From positions 255,637 through 319,636 of the forward strand of contig NZ_JAMLIX010000002.1 of NCBI RefSeq assembly GCF_023953965.1: 64,000 nucleotides of DNA, given 5' to 3'. The stretch is from Bosea sp. (in: a-proteobacteria). Lineage in GTDB: Bacteria; Pseudomonadota; Alphaproteobacteria; Rhizobiales; Beijerinckiaceae. Shown here in pieces: positions 38,168 to 47,876 of the stretch. How positions within the stretch are numbered: position 1 is the stretch's first letter; each line of letters begins with the position of its first letter. Below the pieces are notes generated by a model. It was not told the DNA's origin, made no database searches, and saw only the letters and a list, made by a program, of their open reading frames with translations. The translations under genes and the position numbers were made by a program.

Positions 38168-40462
38168 TCAAGCCGCCTGCGCGGTGACGTGTTCGGCGCC
38201 GCCGTCGAGCGGCAGGTGAACCATGACGATGGTGCCGGCGCCCACCGCCGAGCGCAGGCGCAGCGAGCCGCCATGCAGCTCGGTCAGCGAGCGGGCGATG
38301 GCGAGCCCGAGCCCCGAGCCCTTGTAGCTGCGCACCAGATCGCCCTCGACCTGCTCGAAGGGCCGGCTGATGCGCTCGATCTTCTCCTTCGGGATGCCGA
38401 TCCCGGTATCCTCGACGAAGATGTTGAGCGCGCCGGGGACGGAGCGGGTGCGCACCGCGATCCGTCCGCCTTCGGGCGTGAACTTGGCGGCGTTGTCGAG
38501 CAGGTTGCCGAGGATCTGGTAGAGCGCGTGCGGATCGGCCGAGAGCGGGGTGTCGAGCGGGCCTTCGATGGTGAGCACGATCTGCTTGCGCTCCACCTCG
38601 GGCTGGACCTTCAGCAAGACCTGGTCGAGCACGGGCTTAAGCGCGATCTCGGCCTTCTCCAGCCGCATCCTGCCGGATTCGATGCGCGACATGTCGAGGA
38701 TGTCGTCGATAATGCCGAGCAGATAGCCGCCGCTGGAACGGATGTCGCGGACGTAATCGGTGTATTTCTCGCCGAGCGGGCCGAACATCCCGCCTTCCAT
38801 GATCTCGGAGAAGCCGATGATGGCGTTGAGCGGCGTGCGCAGCTCATGGCTCATATTGGCGAGGAATTCGGATTTGGCGCGGTTGGCGCTTTCGGCGGCG
38901 GCCTTCTGCTCGAGATAGCGCTCGGCGAGGTCGGCGAGCTGCTGGGCCTGGGCCTCAAGCTTCTGGCGCGAGGCCTTGAGGTCGGTGACGTGCATCAGGA
39001 GCTGGTGCTCGGACTGGGTGAGCCGTTCCTCCTGCTGCTTCAGCTTGGTGATGTCGGTGCCGACCGAGACCGAGCCGCCGTCCTTGGTGCGCCGGCCGTT
39101 GATCTGCAGCCAGCGCCCGTCCGAGAGGCGGGCCTCGTAGGAGGCGCCGGCGGTGCCGCGCTGCACCCGCAGCGGCTCGCGGTCGATCTGCGGCTGGGCC
39201 GAGAACTCCATGATCTCGTCGTAAGGAGTGCCCGATTGCAGCGCCTCGGCCGGAAGCTGGTGGAGCTGCTGGTATTTCGCGTTGCAGAGCACGAGGCGGT
39301 TCTCGGCGTCCCAGAGCACGAAGGCTTCCGAGATCGCCTCGACCGCGTCGCGCAGGCGCGCGTCGGCGGTGGCGGTGCGCTCGGCCATGCGGCGCTGCTC
39401 GGAGATGTCGACGACGATGCCGACGAGATGGCGCGAGCGGGTGCGCCGGTCGATCACGAGCTCCGCGCGCGCCTTGAGCCAGAGCCATTCGCCCGAGGCG
39501 GCGCGCACCCGGAATTCGCGGTCGAGATGGTCTGCCTCGCCGCGGCTGATCGCGTCGGCGAGCGCGTAGAGGTCGACATCCTCGCGGTGGATGAAGCTCG
39601 AGACCTCGCCGAAGGACATGTACTCGCCCGAGCGGTCGTAGCCGAGCAGCGCATACATCGAATCCGACCAGTAGATCCGGCCGCGCGCTAGGTCCCAGTC
39701 CCACAGCCCGCAATGGCCGCGGTTGAGCGCGGTGTCGATGCGCTCGCGCACGCAGTCGCAATCCTGGTCGGCTGCGCTCGCCCGCTTCGACTGGAGCATG
39801 AAGGCGAGCGTGGTGACGCCGAGCACGAGGCCGGCGGCGCCGAACAGGATGGCCAGCCCCGAACGGCGGATCTGCCAGGTCGAGAGCGCCCGCGACACCG
39901 GCTGCAGCACCGCGACCTGCCCGAGCGGGGCTGTGAGGTTGCGCACGCTGGCGAAGGCGTCTGCGCCGTTGGGGAGCGTGATGCGCATCACGCCGGCGCG
40001 GTCGCCGAAGACGGTGAGCGGCTGGGTCTGCCCGAGCAGGTCGACGAGCGTGCGCTGGGTCTGGCCGATCACCGGCTCGCTGGCGACGACGCGCCCGTCA
40101 GCGCGGCTGACATGGACGATGCGGCCCTGCTTGGCGAGGTGGCGGGCGGCGAGCGCGGCGAGCGCGGCCGCCGGCTCCCGCTCCGCCAGCGTCGCGGCAT
40201 CGAGCTCGCGTGCGACCAGCGCGGAGACGAGCTCCATGTCGCCGGCCGCGTCGATCAGGGCGTCGTCGCGCATGGCGGTGATCTGGATCAGCGCGCCGGC
40301 GCCGAGGATGACGAGGAAGATCCCGACCAGCGTGGGTATGGCGGTGCGGAAGGTCGGCTCGAAGCTTTCGAAGCGCTGGTACAGAGGATGCGTCAGCGAT
40401 CGTGCCACACCCAGAATCGTGTCGGCGCGCACGGATGCGCAGCTCGCGTTGGCACGCGACAT
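38168..40462 (-). CDS. pleC: PAS-domain cell-cycle histidine kinase/phosphatase PleC
   Basis: N-terminal TM region, PAS domains, FLANMSHELRTPLNAIIGFSE; glnE-pleC-pepN synteny as recalled for rhizobia. Confidence 0.82.
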   Translation of the reverse strand: MSRANASCASVRADTILGVARSLTHPLYQRFESFEPTFRTAIPTLVGIFLVILGAGALIQITAMRDDALIDAAGDMELVSALVARELDAATLAEREPAAALAALAARHLAKQGRIVHVSRADGRVVASEPVIGQTQRTLVDLLGQTQPLTVFGDRAGVMRITLPNGADAFASVRNLTAPLGQVAVLQPVSRALSTWQIRRSGLAILFGAAGLVLGVTTLAFMLQSKRASAADQDCDCVRERIDTALNRGHCGLWDWDLARGRIYWSDSMYALLGYDRSGEYMSFGEVSSFIHREDVDLYALADAISRGEADHLDREFRVRAASGEWLWLKARAELVIDRRTRSRHLVGIVVDISEQRRMAERTATADARLRDAVEAISEAFVLWDAENRLVLCNAKYQQLHQLPAEALQSGTPYDEIMEFSAQPQIDREPLRVQRGTAGASYEARLSDGRWLQINGRRTKDGGSVSVGTDITKLKQQEERLTQSEHQLLMHVTDLKASRQKLEAQAQQLADLAERYLEQKAAAESANRAKSEFLANMSHELRTPLNAIIGFSEIMEGGMFGPLGEKYTDYVRDIRSSGGYLLGIIDDILDMSRIESGRMRLEKAEIALKPVLDQVLLKVQPEVERKQIVLTIEGPLDTPLSADPHALYQILGNLLDNAAKFTPEGGRIAVRTRSVPGALNIFVEDTGIGIPKEKIERISRPFEQVEGDLVRSYKGSGLGLAIARSLTELHGGSLRLRSAVGAGTIVMVHLPLDGGAEHVTAQAA

Positions 40463-40632
40463 GCCCGTTCCCCTTCGGATACTTCACCGTCAGCAGATCG
40501 GGAGACGTGCCGCATCCCCGCGAATCACCGTCAGTTGAATCCGGGCGCTCCGGTTTGTCTAGCCTTGAGTTGAGTCAAGGGTGTCGAATTCTCCTTTAGG
40601 TTGTGGCGCTTGCGGCGATGAATCCTGTGCGG

Positions 40633-40672
40633 GTAATGAAACGTTAATGTTTTGGACAGGTCGGCATTAACC
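40633..40672 (-). promoter_or_regulatory. Candidate CtrA sites upstream of pleC
   Basis: The minus strand reads TTAA-N7-TTAC at 40647-40633 (one mismatch to TTAA-N7-TTAA). A TTAACC half-site lies near 40667-40672. Confidence 0.55.
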
Positions 40673-40688
40673 ACTGCCGGAAGAGCGC

Positions 40689-43334
40689 TCAGGCGAGCGC
40701 CCTTTCGGCGATGTCGGCGACGTCGCGCGACAGGTTCGGCAGGTTTGCGACGGTGCCGAGCGCCTCCCGCGCCAGCTGCTTGCGGCCGGGCTCCAGCATG
40801 CGCCAACTCTTGAACGAGCCGAGCAGGCGCGAGGCGACCTGCGGGTTCGTCCTGTCGAGCGCGACGACGATCCCGGCGACGAAGCGGTAGCCGGCGCCAT
40901 CGGCCCGGTTGAACTGTGTCAGGTTCGCCGCGAAGCCGCCGATCAGCGCCCGGACGCGGTTGGGGTTGCCGAGCGAGAAGGCGGGATGGCGCATCAGCCG
41001 CTCGACGCGCTCCAGCGTGGCAGGCTCGGGAATGAGCGCTTGCGCCATCAGCCATTTGTCGAGCACCAGCGGCTCGTTCGCATAGGTTTCCGCGAAGCGG
41101 GCGATCAGAGCCTCGCGGCGTTCGCCGGGGATCAGCGTCATCGCCGCGAGCGCCGCCAGCCGGTCGGTCAGGTTGTCGCCGCCGTCGAACTGCGCCTCGC
41201 AAAGATCGGCGGCCTCGGCCGGCGCGGAGAGCGCCGCGAGCCCGAGCAATTCGTTGCGCAGCGCCCGCCGCCCGGCGGAAGCGGAGTCGGGGCGATAGGC
41301 GCCGCTCGCGACGAGCGTCTCGCGCAAGGCCGGCAGCGCCTCGAGAAGGCTCGAGCCGATCGCGGTCGAGAGGCCGCGATGGGCGGCGAAGATCGCCTCG
41401 GGATCGACGTCCCGACCGATCTCGCGGGCGATGTCGGCGGGCGCGGGCAGCCGCAGCACCTGCGCCGCGAAGGCCGGGTCGGACAAGGCATCGCTTTGAA
41501 GGAAGCTGCGTAGCGCCGTGCCGAGCCGGCCCGCGGTCGCGGCGAGGAGGCCCGGATCGGCGCCGGGCCTGCCCGCGGCCACGAGCGCGCGGGTGGCCAC
41601 GCTCTGCAAGGCTTGCCAACGGTTGAAGGAATCGCTGTCGGAAGCGAATTGCCGCACGAGATCGGCATCGGACAGGTCGAGTTCGAGCCGCGCCGGCGCC
41701 GAGAAGCCGCGCATCAGCGAGGGGATCGGCGCCTCCGGGACATCCTCGAAGGTGATCGCGAGCGAAGCCCGGTCGAGCACGACGAGCCCGTCGCCGGCAT
41801 AGGCGTTCGAAGCGGTCTTCAGCGGCAGGTCGCCCCTGCTGCCGACGAGGCCGAGCCGGATCGGCAGCACCATCGGCTCCTTCCCGCTCTGGCCGGGAGT
41901 CGGTGGCGTGCTTTGCGCGAACTCCAGCGTGTAGCGCTTCCCCGCGGCATCGTAGCGGCCGGATGCCACGATGGTCGGCGTGCCGGCCTGCTCGTACCAG
42001 CGGGCGAAATGGGAGAGGTCCCGGCCCGCGCTTTCGGCGAAGCAGGCGAGAAAATCCTCGATCGTCGCGGCGGTGCCGTCGCAGCGTTCGAAATAGAGGT
42101 CCATGCCCCGCCTGAAGGCGTCGTCGCCGATCAGGGTTTTGAGCATGCGGATCACCTCCGCACCCTTCTCGTAGACGGTCGGCGTGTAGAAGTTGTTGAT
42201 TTCCTTGTAGGCGCGCGGCCGGACCGGATGGGCGAGCGGCCCGGCATCCTCCGAGAACTGGGTCGAGCGCAACGTGCGCACATCGGCGATGCGCTTCACC
42301 GGGCGCGAGCGCTCGTCGGCGGAGAATTCCTGGTCGCGGAAGACGGTCAGCCCCTCCTTCAGGCAGAGCTGGAACCAGTCGCGGCAGGTGATGCGGTTGC
42401 CGGTCCAGTTGTGGAAATACTCATGCGCGATGATCGCCTCGATCGAAGCGTAGTCGCCGTCGGTCGCGGTCAGCGGATCGGCCAGCACGTATTTGTCGTT
42501 GAAGATGTTGAGGCCCTTGTTCTCCATCGCGCCCATGTTGAAGTCGGAGACGGCGACGACGTTGAATACGTCGAGATCGTAGCTCAGGCCGAAGACGCGC
42601 TCGTCCCAGCGCATCGAGCGGGCGAGGCAATCCAGCGCCCAGCCGGCGCGCCCCGCCTTGCCGGGCTCGACATGCACGGCGAGCTCGACCTTGCGGCCCT
42701 CGGCCGTGACGTAGTCCTGCCGGACATGGTCGAGCGCGCCGCCGACCAGCGCGAAGAGATAGGCGGGCTTGGGATGCGGGTCGTGCCAGACGGCGAAATG
42801 CCGCTCGCCGCCCGGCAGTTCCGCCGCCGCGACGAGATTGCCGTTGGAGAGCAGCACCGGCGCCTCGGCCTTCGCGGCTTCGAGCCTCACCGTATAGACG
42901 CTCATCACGTCCGGCCGGTCGAGGAAATAGGTGATGCGGCGGAAGCCGTCGGCCTCGCATTGCGTGCAATAGACCTGCGACGAGCGGTAGAGCCCCATCA
43001 GCCTGGTGTTGGCGGAGGGGTCGATCTCGGTCTCGATCGTCAGCGTGAAGTCGTGCGGCGGCGGGGTGGGGATCGTCAGCGCGCGCGGCGTCGCCGTATA
43101 GGCTGAACGGTCGAGCGGCTTGCCGTCGAGGCTGATCGCCTTCAGCGCAAGCTCGTCGCCATCGAGGATGAGTGGGGCGCCGGGCCTTCCGTCCGGGTTG
43201 GGCCGCAGCGCGAGCAAAGCGCGCACCTGTGTCTTGCGTGGATGCAGGCCGATATCGAGATCGACGGTATCGATCAGCCAGTCGCTGGGGCGGTAATCCT
43301 CGAGGCGGATCAGCGGGGCGTCGTCGGTCGGCAT
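40689..43334 (-). CDS. pepN: Aminopeptidase N (M1)
   Basis: GAMENKGLNIFN, HEYFHNWTGN, LKEGLTV and TVYEKGAEV. Confidence 0.97.
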   Translation of the reverse strand: MPTDDAPLIRLEDYRPSDWLIDTVDLDIGLHPRKTQVRALLALRPNPDGRPGAPLILDGDELALKAISLDGKPLDRSAYTATPRALTIPTPPPHDFTLTIETEIDPSANTRLMGLYRSSQVYCTQCEADGFRRITYFLDRPDVMSVYTVRLEAAKAEAPVLLSNGNLVAAAELPGGERHFAVWHDPHPKPAYLFALVGGALDHVRQDYVTAEGRKVELAVHVEPGKAGRAGWALDCLARSMRWDERVFGLSYDLDVFNVVAVSDFNMGAMENKGLNIFNDKYVLADPLTATDGDYASIEAIIAHEYFHNWTGNRITCRDWFQLCLKEGLTVFRDQEFSADERSRPVKRIADVRTLRSTQFSEDAGPLAHPVRPRAYKEINNFYTPTVYEKGAEVIRMLKTLIGDDAFRRGMDLYFERCDGTAATIEDFLACFAESAGRDLSHFARWYEQAGTPTIVASGRYDAAGKRYTLEFAQSTPPTPGQSGKEPMVLPIRLGLVGSRGDLPLKTASNAYAGDGLVVLDRASLAITFEDVPEAPIPSLMRGFSAPARLELDLSDADLVRQFASDSDSFNRWQALQSVATRALVAAGRPGADPGLLAATAGRLGTALRSFLQSDALSDPAFAAQVLRLPAPADIAREIGRDVDPEAIFAAHRGLSTAIGSSLLEALPALRETLVASGAYRPDSASAGRRALRNELLGLAALSAPAEAADLCEAQFDGGDNLTDRLAALAAMTLIPGERREALIARFAETYANEPLVLDKWLMAQALIPEPATLERVERLMRHPAFSLGNPNRVRALIGGFAANLTQFNRADGAGYRFVAGIVVALDRTNPQVASRLLGSFKSWRMLEPGRKQLAREALGTVANLPNLSRDVADIAERALA

Positions 43335-43367
43335 GGCAACCCTGATGGCGAAGGTCAGGCGGCGTTT

Positions 43368-43500
43368 CTAGAGCATGCCGGCGTGGGAGGGAAACACCGC
43401 CGTCATGTTCGGGCTTGACCCGAACATCTCGGAAACCAGTGCCTTCCCGTCCTGAGATAGATCATCGTGACCGCGTCCGATAGGACGCGCGATGATCTAG
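43368..43500. repeat. Composite palindromic intergenic element ending in family R3
   Basis: Bounded by CTAGAGCAT and ATGATCTAG. Contains the hairpin GTCATGTTCGGGCTTGACCCGAACAT (43402-43427) and R3 (43454-43500), whose reverse complement matches 54568-54614. Confidence 0.7.
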
Positions 43501-44936
43501 GGCGCCACCGCCGGCTCCGCATGGCTGACCAGCCGGCAGACCTGCGGGCGGGCGATCCGGACCGCCCGCTCGATCGCATCGACCGCTTCATGCACGGCGG
43601 CGACGTCGAGCCCGGCGTCGACCCGGCAATGGTAGTTGACCACCAGCCCCTTGGCGGTCTGGCGCACGCGCACGCTGTGGATGTCGTGGATCGGCCCGTC
43701 AAGCTTGCCGGCCTCGCCCGCCAGCGTCTTGCCGATGTCCTCGACCGTTTCCCAGGCGGCGTTGTGGCCGGCGGGCTGGCCGGTCTCCATCGGCTCGATA
43801 TGGGTCTCGACCTCGGTTTCCCCGCCGAACTCGGCCCTGATCGCGCTTTCGAGCCGCGTCGCGATCTCGTGCGCGGCGCCGAGCGGCAGGGTGGCGTCGA
43901 CCTCCATGTCGAGGCTGACCGAGAGCTTGTCGCCGATCGAGTGGACGGTGACGTGGTGCACCGGGATCTTGAGCTTCAGCGCGATCAGCAGCACGCGTTC
44001 GAGCGCCGTCTCGTCGTCGACCTGCACGGGGTCGGCCGTGATCGTGATCTCGGCGCCGGGCTCGGCCGCGGCCAGGGCCTCGCCGAGCTCGGCCTTGATC
44101 GCCACGACCCGGTCGAGCGGCAGCGTCCGCGAGACGCTGATGCCGATCTCGCCATGGACGCGCCCGCCGGCCGGGCGGATGCGCAGCCAGTTGAGGCCGA
44201 CCACGCCGGGCACGCCGCGGGCCGCGTCGCGCAGCCTCTCGCCGACGCCTTCAGGGGCGGTGTCCATCAGCGTGTCGAGCACGCGCCGGGCGAGCCGGTA
44301 GGCGCAGAAGGCGGTATAGGCCGCGATCGCGAAGGCGGCGGCGGTGTCGGCCCGCTCGAGCCCGTACCAGGTTCCGATGAGGCCGAGCAGCACCAGCGCC
44401 GAGCCGACGAAATCGGCCGAGAAATGGGTGGCCTCGCCGGCCAGCGCCTCGCTGCCGGTCTCCTTCGCGACCTTGGTCAGGGAGCGCCAGCGGATGGCGT
44501 CGACCGTCATCGACAGCAGCATCACGCCGATGACGAGCGGCGTCACCTCGACATGGGCGGTGATGTTGCTCCAGAGCCGGTTGCCGGCTTCCCAGAGGAT
44601 CGCACCGGCGAGAATGAACAGGATCGCGGTCTCGACCAGCGCGGCGAGAGCCTCGACCTTGCCATGGCCGTAATGATGCTCCTCGTCGGCGGGCTTGTCG
44701 GAGGCGCGCACGGCAAACCAGGTGAACAGCGTCGAGCCGACATCGACCAGCCCCTGCAGCGCGTCGGTGAGCAGGGCGAGCGAGCCGGAGATGACGGCGC
44801 CGAGGATCTTCGCCCCCGTCAGCAGGATCGTCGCCATCACCGAGAGGATCGCGGCGCGCTGCTTGATCAGCGCGATCTGGGCGGGCGTGGCGCGCGCGGC
44901 CGGTTCCGTCGCCGGCCCGTCTTGCGTTGTCGTCAT
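43497..44936 (-). CDS. Cation diffusion facilitator (FieF-like) with three tandem C-terminal domains
   Basis: [25 protein letters not shown] and HFSAD in the TM domain, then three ~80-aa cytosolic units ending ITADP, THIEP and SHAEP. Confidence 0.88.
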   Translation of the reverse strand: MTTTQDGPATEPAARATPAQIALIKQRAAILSVMATILLTGAKILGAVISGSLALLTDALQGLVDVGSTLFTWFAVRASDKPADEEHHYGHGKVEALAALVETAILFILAGAILWEAGNRLWSNITAHVEVTPLVIGVMLLSMTVDAIRWRSLTKVAKETGSEALAGEATHFSADFVGSALVLLGLIGTWYGLERADTAAAFAIAAYTAFCAYRLARRVLDTLMDTAPEGVGERLRDAARGVPGVVGLNWLRIRPAGGRVHGEIGISVSRTLPLDRVVAIKAELGEALAAAEPGAEITITADPVQVDDETALERVLLIALKLKIPVHHVTVHSIGDKLSVSLDMEVDATLPLGAAHEIATRLESAIRAEFGGETEVETHIEPMETGQPAGHNAAWETVEDIGKTLAGEAGKLDGPIHDIHSVRVRQTAKGLVVNYHCRVDAGLDVAAVHEAVDAIERAVRIARPQVCRLVSHAEPAVAP

Positions 44937-45029
44937 GGCTCGTCCTGTTCGGAAGCGCTTGGAACGGGGATGCTCTTGCCTGATTTAGGAAACGGATCAA
45001 CCCTGCCGCCCTTTCGACGAGGACAGACG

Positions 45030-45479
45030 ATGCGTTATCTCCACACCATGGTGCGCGTGACCGACCTGGATCAGGCGCTTGATTTCTACGTCGGCAGGCT
45101 CGGGCTCACCGAGACCCGCCGTGTCGAGAACGAGAAGGGCCGCTTCACCCTGGTCTTCCTGGCCGCCCCGGACGACCTCGCGCAGGCGAAGGCCGGCGCC
45201 TCGCGCGGCCGCCCGACCCTGGAGCTGACCTGGAACTGGGACCCGGAAACCTACACCGGCGGTCGCAATTTCGGGCATCTCGCCTATGAGGTCGACGATA
45301 TCTACGCCACCTGCGACAGGCTGATGAAGGCCGGCGTCACCATCAACCGCCCGCCGCGCGACGGCAATATGGCCTTCATCCGCTCGCCCGAGAACATCTC
45401 GATCGAGCTGCTCCAGAAGGGCGAGCCCAAGCCCCCGGCCGAGCCGTGGCTGAGCATGCCGAACACCGGGAGCTGGTGA
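45030..45479 (+). CDS. gloA: Lactoylglutathione lyase (glyoxalase I, Ni/Co-activated type)
   Basis: [25 protein letters not shown] and SIELLQ give the His/Glu/His/Glu ligand set of E. coli-type GlxI. Confidence 0.88.
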   Translation: MRYLHTMVRVTDLDQALDFYVGRLGLTETRRVENEKGRFTLVFLAAPDDLAQAKAGASRGRPTLELTWNWDPETYTGGRNFGHLAYEVDDIYATCDRLMKAGVTINRPPRDGNMAFIRSPENISIELLQKGEPKPPAEPWLSMPNTGSW

Positions 45480-45499
45480 ACGCGATATTGGCGGGCGAT

Positions 45500-45536
45500 A
45501 GCCTCCATGATATCATCGATTGATATCATGGAGGCT
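45500..45536. promoter_or_regulatory. Perfect 16-bp inverted repeat over the vapB RBS (putative VapBC operator)
   Basis: AGCCTCCATGATATCA-TCGAT-TGATATCATGGAGGCT; each arm holds the palindrome ATGATATCAT or its TGATATCA core. Confidence 0.65.
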
Positions 45537-45539
45537 GCG

Positions 45540-45785
45540 ATGGGCATTCTCGTCCGCGACCCGAGGATCGACCGCATGGTCCGCGAACTCGCGGAGCGTG
45601 ACGGCATCAGCTTGCAGGCCGCGATCGGCATGGCGGTGGAACGCGAGCTGAAGCGCCGCGAGGAGCGGCGTCGGCAGGTCGACGAAGCCACGCGCAAGGC
45701 ACAGGAAAGGCTGGCGGCTTACCCGACTGTCGATGACGGCCTGACTCATAAGGAATTCTTCGACCGCGAATATGGTGACGCCTGA
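45540..45785 (+). CDS. vapB: Type II antitoxin, VapB (Rv0623-like) family
   Basis: MGILVRDPRIDRMVRELAERDGISLQAAI ribbon-helix-helix-like N-terminus; coupled to the PIN gene. Confidence 0.8.
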   Translation: MGILVRDPRIDRMVRELAERDGISLQAAIGMAVERELKRREERRRQVDEATRKAQERLAAYPTVDDGLTHKEFFDREYGDA

Positions 45786-46195
45786 TGTTTCTGGACGCCT
45801 CCGTCATCGTGGCGAATTTGTTGGAAGAGCCTGAAGCTCCCTCGATCAGGGCATCGCTGGTCGACGAGAACGAGATCCTGACGTCGCCCATCGCCATATT
45901 CGAGGCGTCGGCGCGCCTGGCTGCAGTAAAGCGCTTCGGCATCGACGAAGGGTACAGGGTGGTGCGGGACTTCCTCGAAGACGCGAAGATTCGGATCGTC
46001 GCAATCGATGACGGGGTCGGTCGGATCGCTCACGCCTGCGCGGCCGCATACCATCATTCGACCCGCCATCCCGCGCGCCTCAACATGGGGGATTGTTTCG
46101 CCTATGCGTCCGCCCGGGCGGCCGGTATGAAGCTCGCCTACAAGGGCGATGATTTCGTCCACACGGATATCGAAGGCCAACGTTTTGGCTCGTGA
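45785..46195 (+). CDS. vapC: Type II toxin VapC (PIN-domain RNase)
   Basis: MFLDASVIV, IFE, LNMGDCFAYA and YKGDDF give a complete acidic tetrad. Confidence 0.92.
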   Translation: MFLDASVIVANLLEEPEAPSIRASLVDENEILTSPIAIFEASARLAAVKRFGIDEGYRVVRDFLEDAKIRIVAIDDGVGRIAHACAAAYHHSTRHPARLNMGDCFAYASARAAGMKLAYKGDDFVHTDIEGQRFGS

Positions 46196-47096
46196 AACCG
46201 GTCGTCCCGGCGTCTTCTGCCTCGGCATCGCCACGCTGGATTACGTCTACAGCGTCGAGACCCTGCCCGTGGGCGGCGAGAAATACCGCTCGCGCGGGCT
46301 CGCCGTCGTCGGTGGCGGCTGTGCCGGCAACGCCGCGGTCGCGATCGCGCGGCTCGGCGGCGCCTGCTGGCTCGCCACCCGCCTCGCCGACGATCCGACC
46401 GGCGACCAGATCGTCGCCGATCTCGAAGGCGAGGGTGTCGATGCCGGCTTCGTGCGCCGGGTCGCGGGGTTACGCTCCCCCGTCTCGGCCATCGTCGTCG
46501 ATGCTGAGGGCGAGCGCATGGTGATCTCCTATTCCGACCCGGCCATGCCGGAAGATACCGGCTGGCTGCCGCGGGCGCTGCCGGAAGGCGCGGGCGCGGT
46601 GCTTGCCGACACGCGCTGGGGCGAGGGCGCTTTCGCCGCGCTCGAGCTTGCGCGCAAAGCCGGCGTGCCCGGCGTGCTCGACGGTGACCGCAACCCGCCG
46701 CATCCGGGCCTCGTCGGCACGGCGAGCCATGTCGCCTTCAGCCAGCAGGCGCTGCGCGAGCTCTCGGGCGAGGACGATCCGCGCGCCGGGCTTAGCCGGG
46801 TCGCGGCCGAGGTCCCGAGCTGGCTTGCGGTCACGCTCGGCCGGGAGGGCGTGCTGTTCATGGAAGACGGCGCGGTCAGCCACGTTCCGGCTTTCAGGGT
46901 GGAGACGGTCGATACGCTCGGCGCCGGCGATGTCTGGCACGGGGCCTTCGCGCTCGCGCTCGCCGAGGGGCAGGGCGAGCTCGCCGCGATCCGCTTCGCC
47001 TCCGCGACCGCCGCGATCAAATGCACCCGCTTCGGCGGGCGCGCCGGCGCGCCGCGGCGCGAGGAGGTCGAGCGTCTGCTGGCCGAGGCCCCCTGA
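46185..47096 (+). CDS. PfkB-family carbohydrate kinase
   Basis: GGGCAGNAAVAIARLG and DTLGAGDVWHG signatures. Start uncertain (TTG 46185 or ATG 46149). Confidence 0.88.
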   Translation: MARETGRPGVFCLGIATLDYVYSVETLPVGGEKYRSRGLAVVGGGCAGNAAVAIARLGGACWLATRLADDPTGDQIVADLEGEGVDAGFVRRVAGLRSPVSAIVVDAEGERMVISYSDPAMPEDTGWLPRALPEGAGAVLADTRWGEGAFAALELARKAGVPGVLDGDRNPPHPGLVGTASHVAFSQQALRELSGEDDPRAGLSRVAAEVPSWLAVTLGREGVLFMEDGAVSHVPAFRVETVDTLGAGDVWHGAFALALAEGQGELAAIRFASATAAIKCTRFGGRAGAPRREEVERLLAEAP

Positions 47097-47192
47097 GAGC
47101 CGGGTAGCACGGCCGCCGGTTTGTGCTACTAAGCTGCGGTCCGGGCTCTGGGCGCCGTCGCGCCTCCGGCCCATGCCAGGGAACCGCCGCAG

Positions 47193-47861
47193 ATGCTTCG
47201 CGCCACCTCCGTTCTTCGCAAAGCCGCCGTCAAGGCCGATCGCGTCGCCGATACGATCGCGCTGGGCCACAAGGACCGCAACCGCGGCGGCGCCACCGTC
47301 ACGACGGCGGGCGGGCTGTCCGTCACGATCGACCTCGACAGGCCGGCGGTGCTGAACGACGGCGACGCGCTGAAGCTCGAGGACGGCCGCCTCGTCCAGG
47401 TCAGGGCCGCGGCCGAAAGCCTGCTCGAGATCCGCGCCGAGAACCCGCTGCGGCTCATCCGCCTCGCCTGGCATCTCGGCGGCCGTCACGTTCCGGCCGA
47501 GATGACGGCGGAGGCGCTCTATGTCGCCAACGACGCCGCGCTCGGCGAGCTGGTGCGCGGGCAGGGCTGCGCGATGAGCGTGGTCGAGCGCCCGTTCCAG
47601 CCGGAGCCGGAGGTCCGTCACCACGCCCATGGCGACGATTGCGGCTGCGGGCACGAACACCATCACCATGGCCACGATCATCATCACGGCGATGACCATG
47701 GCCACCGTCATGGGCATCATGGTCACGACCATGCGCATGCGCACGAGCACCATCATGCGCATGGCGAGGGTTGCGGCTGCGGCCATGACCACGGCCATCA
47801 CGATCATGGCCACGCTCACGGCGCGGCGCATGGCCACAAGGGCCATTCCCACGATCATTGA
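47193..47861 (+). CDS. ureE: UreE-like metallochaperone with a long His/Cys-rich tail
   Basis: LNDGDALKLEDG, RLAWHLGGRHVP and FQPE resemble UreE; the last ~80 aa are His-rich. Confidence 0.75.
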   Translation: MLRATSVLRKAAVKADRVADTIALGHKDRNRGGATVTTAGGLSVTIDLDRPAVLNDGDALKLEDGRLVQVRAAAESLLEIRAENPLRLIRLAWHLGGRHVPAEMTAEALYVANDAALGELVRGQGCAMSVVERPFQPEPEVRHHAHGDDCGCGHEHHHHGHDHHHGDDHGHRHGHHGHDHAHAHEHHHAHGEGCGCGHDHGHHDHGHAHGAAHGHKGHSHDH

Positions 47862-47876
47862 GGCGGCCGGCGCCGC

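Noticed and set aside
47620-47858. His-codon-rich low-complexity DNA as a tandem repeat locus
   Set aside because: Fully explained by the UreE His tail; no regular nucleotide period.
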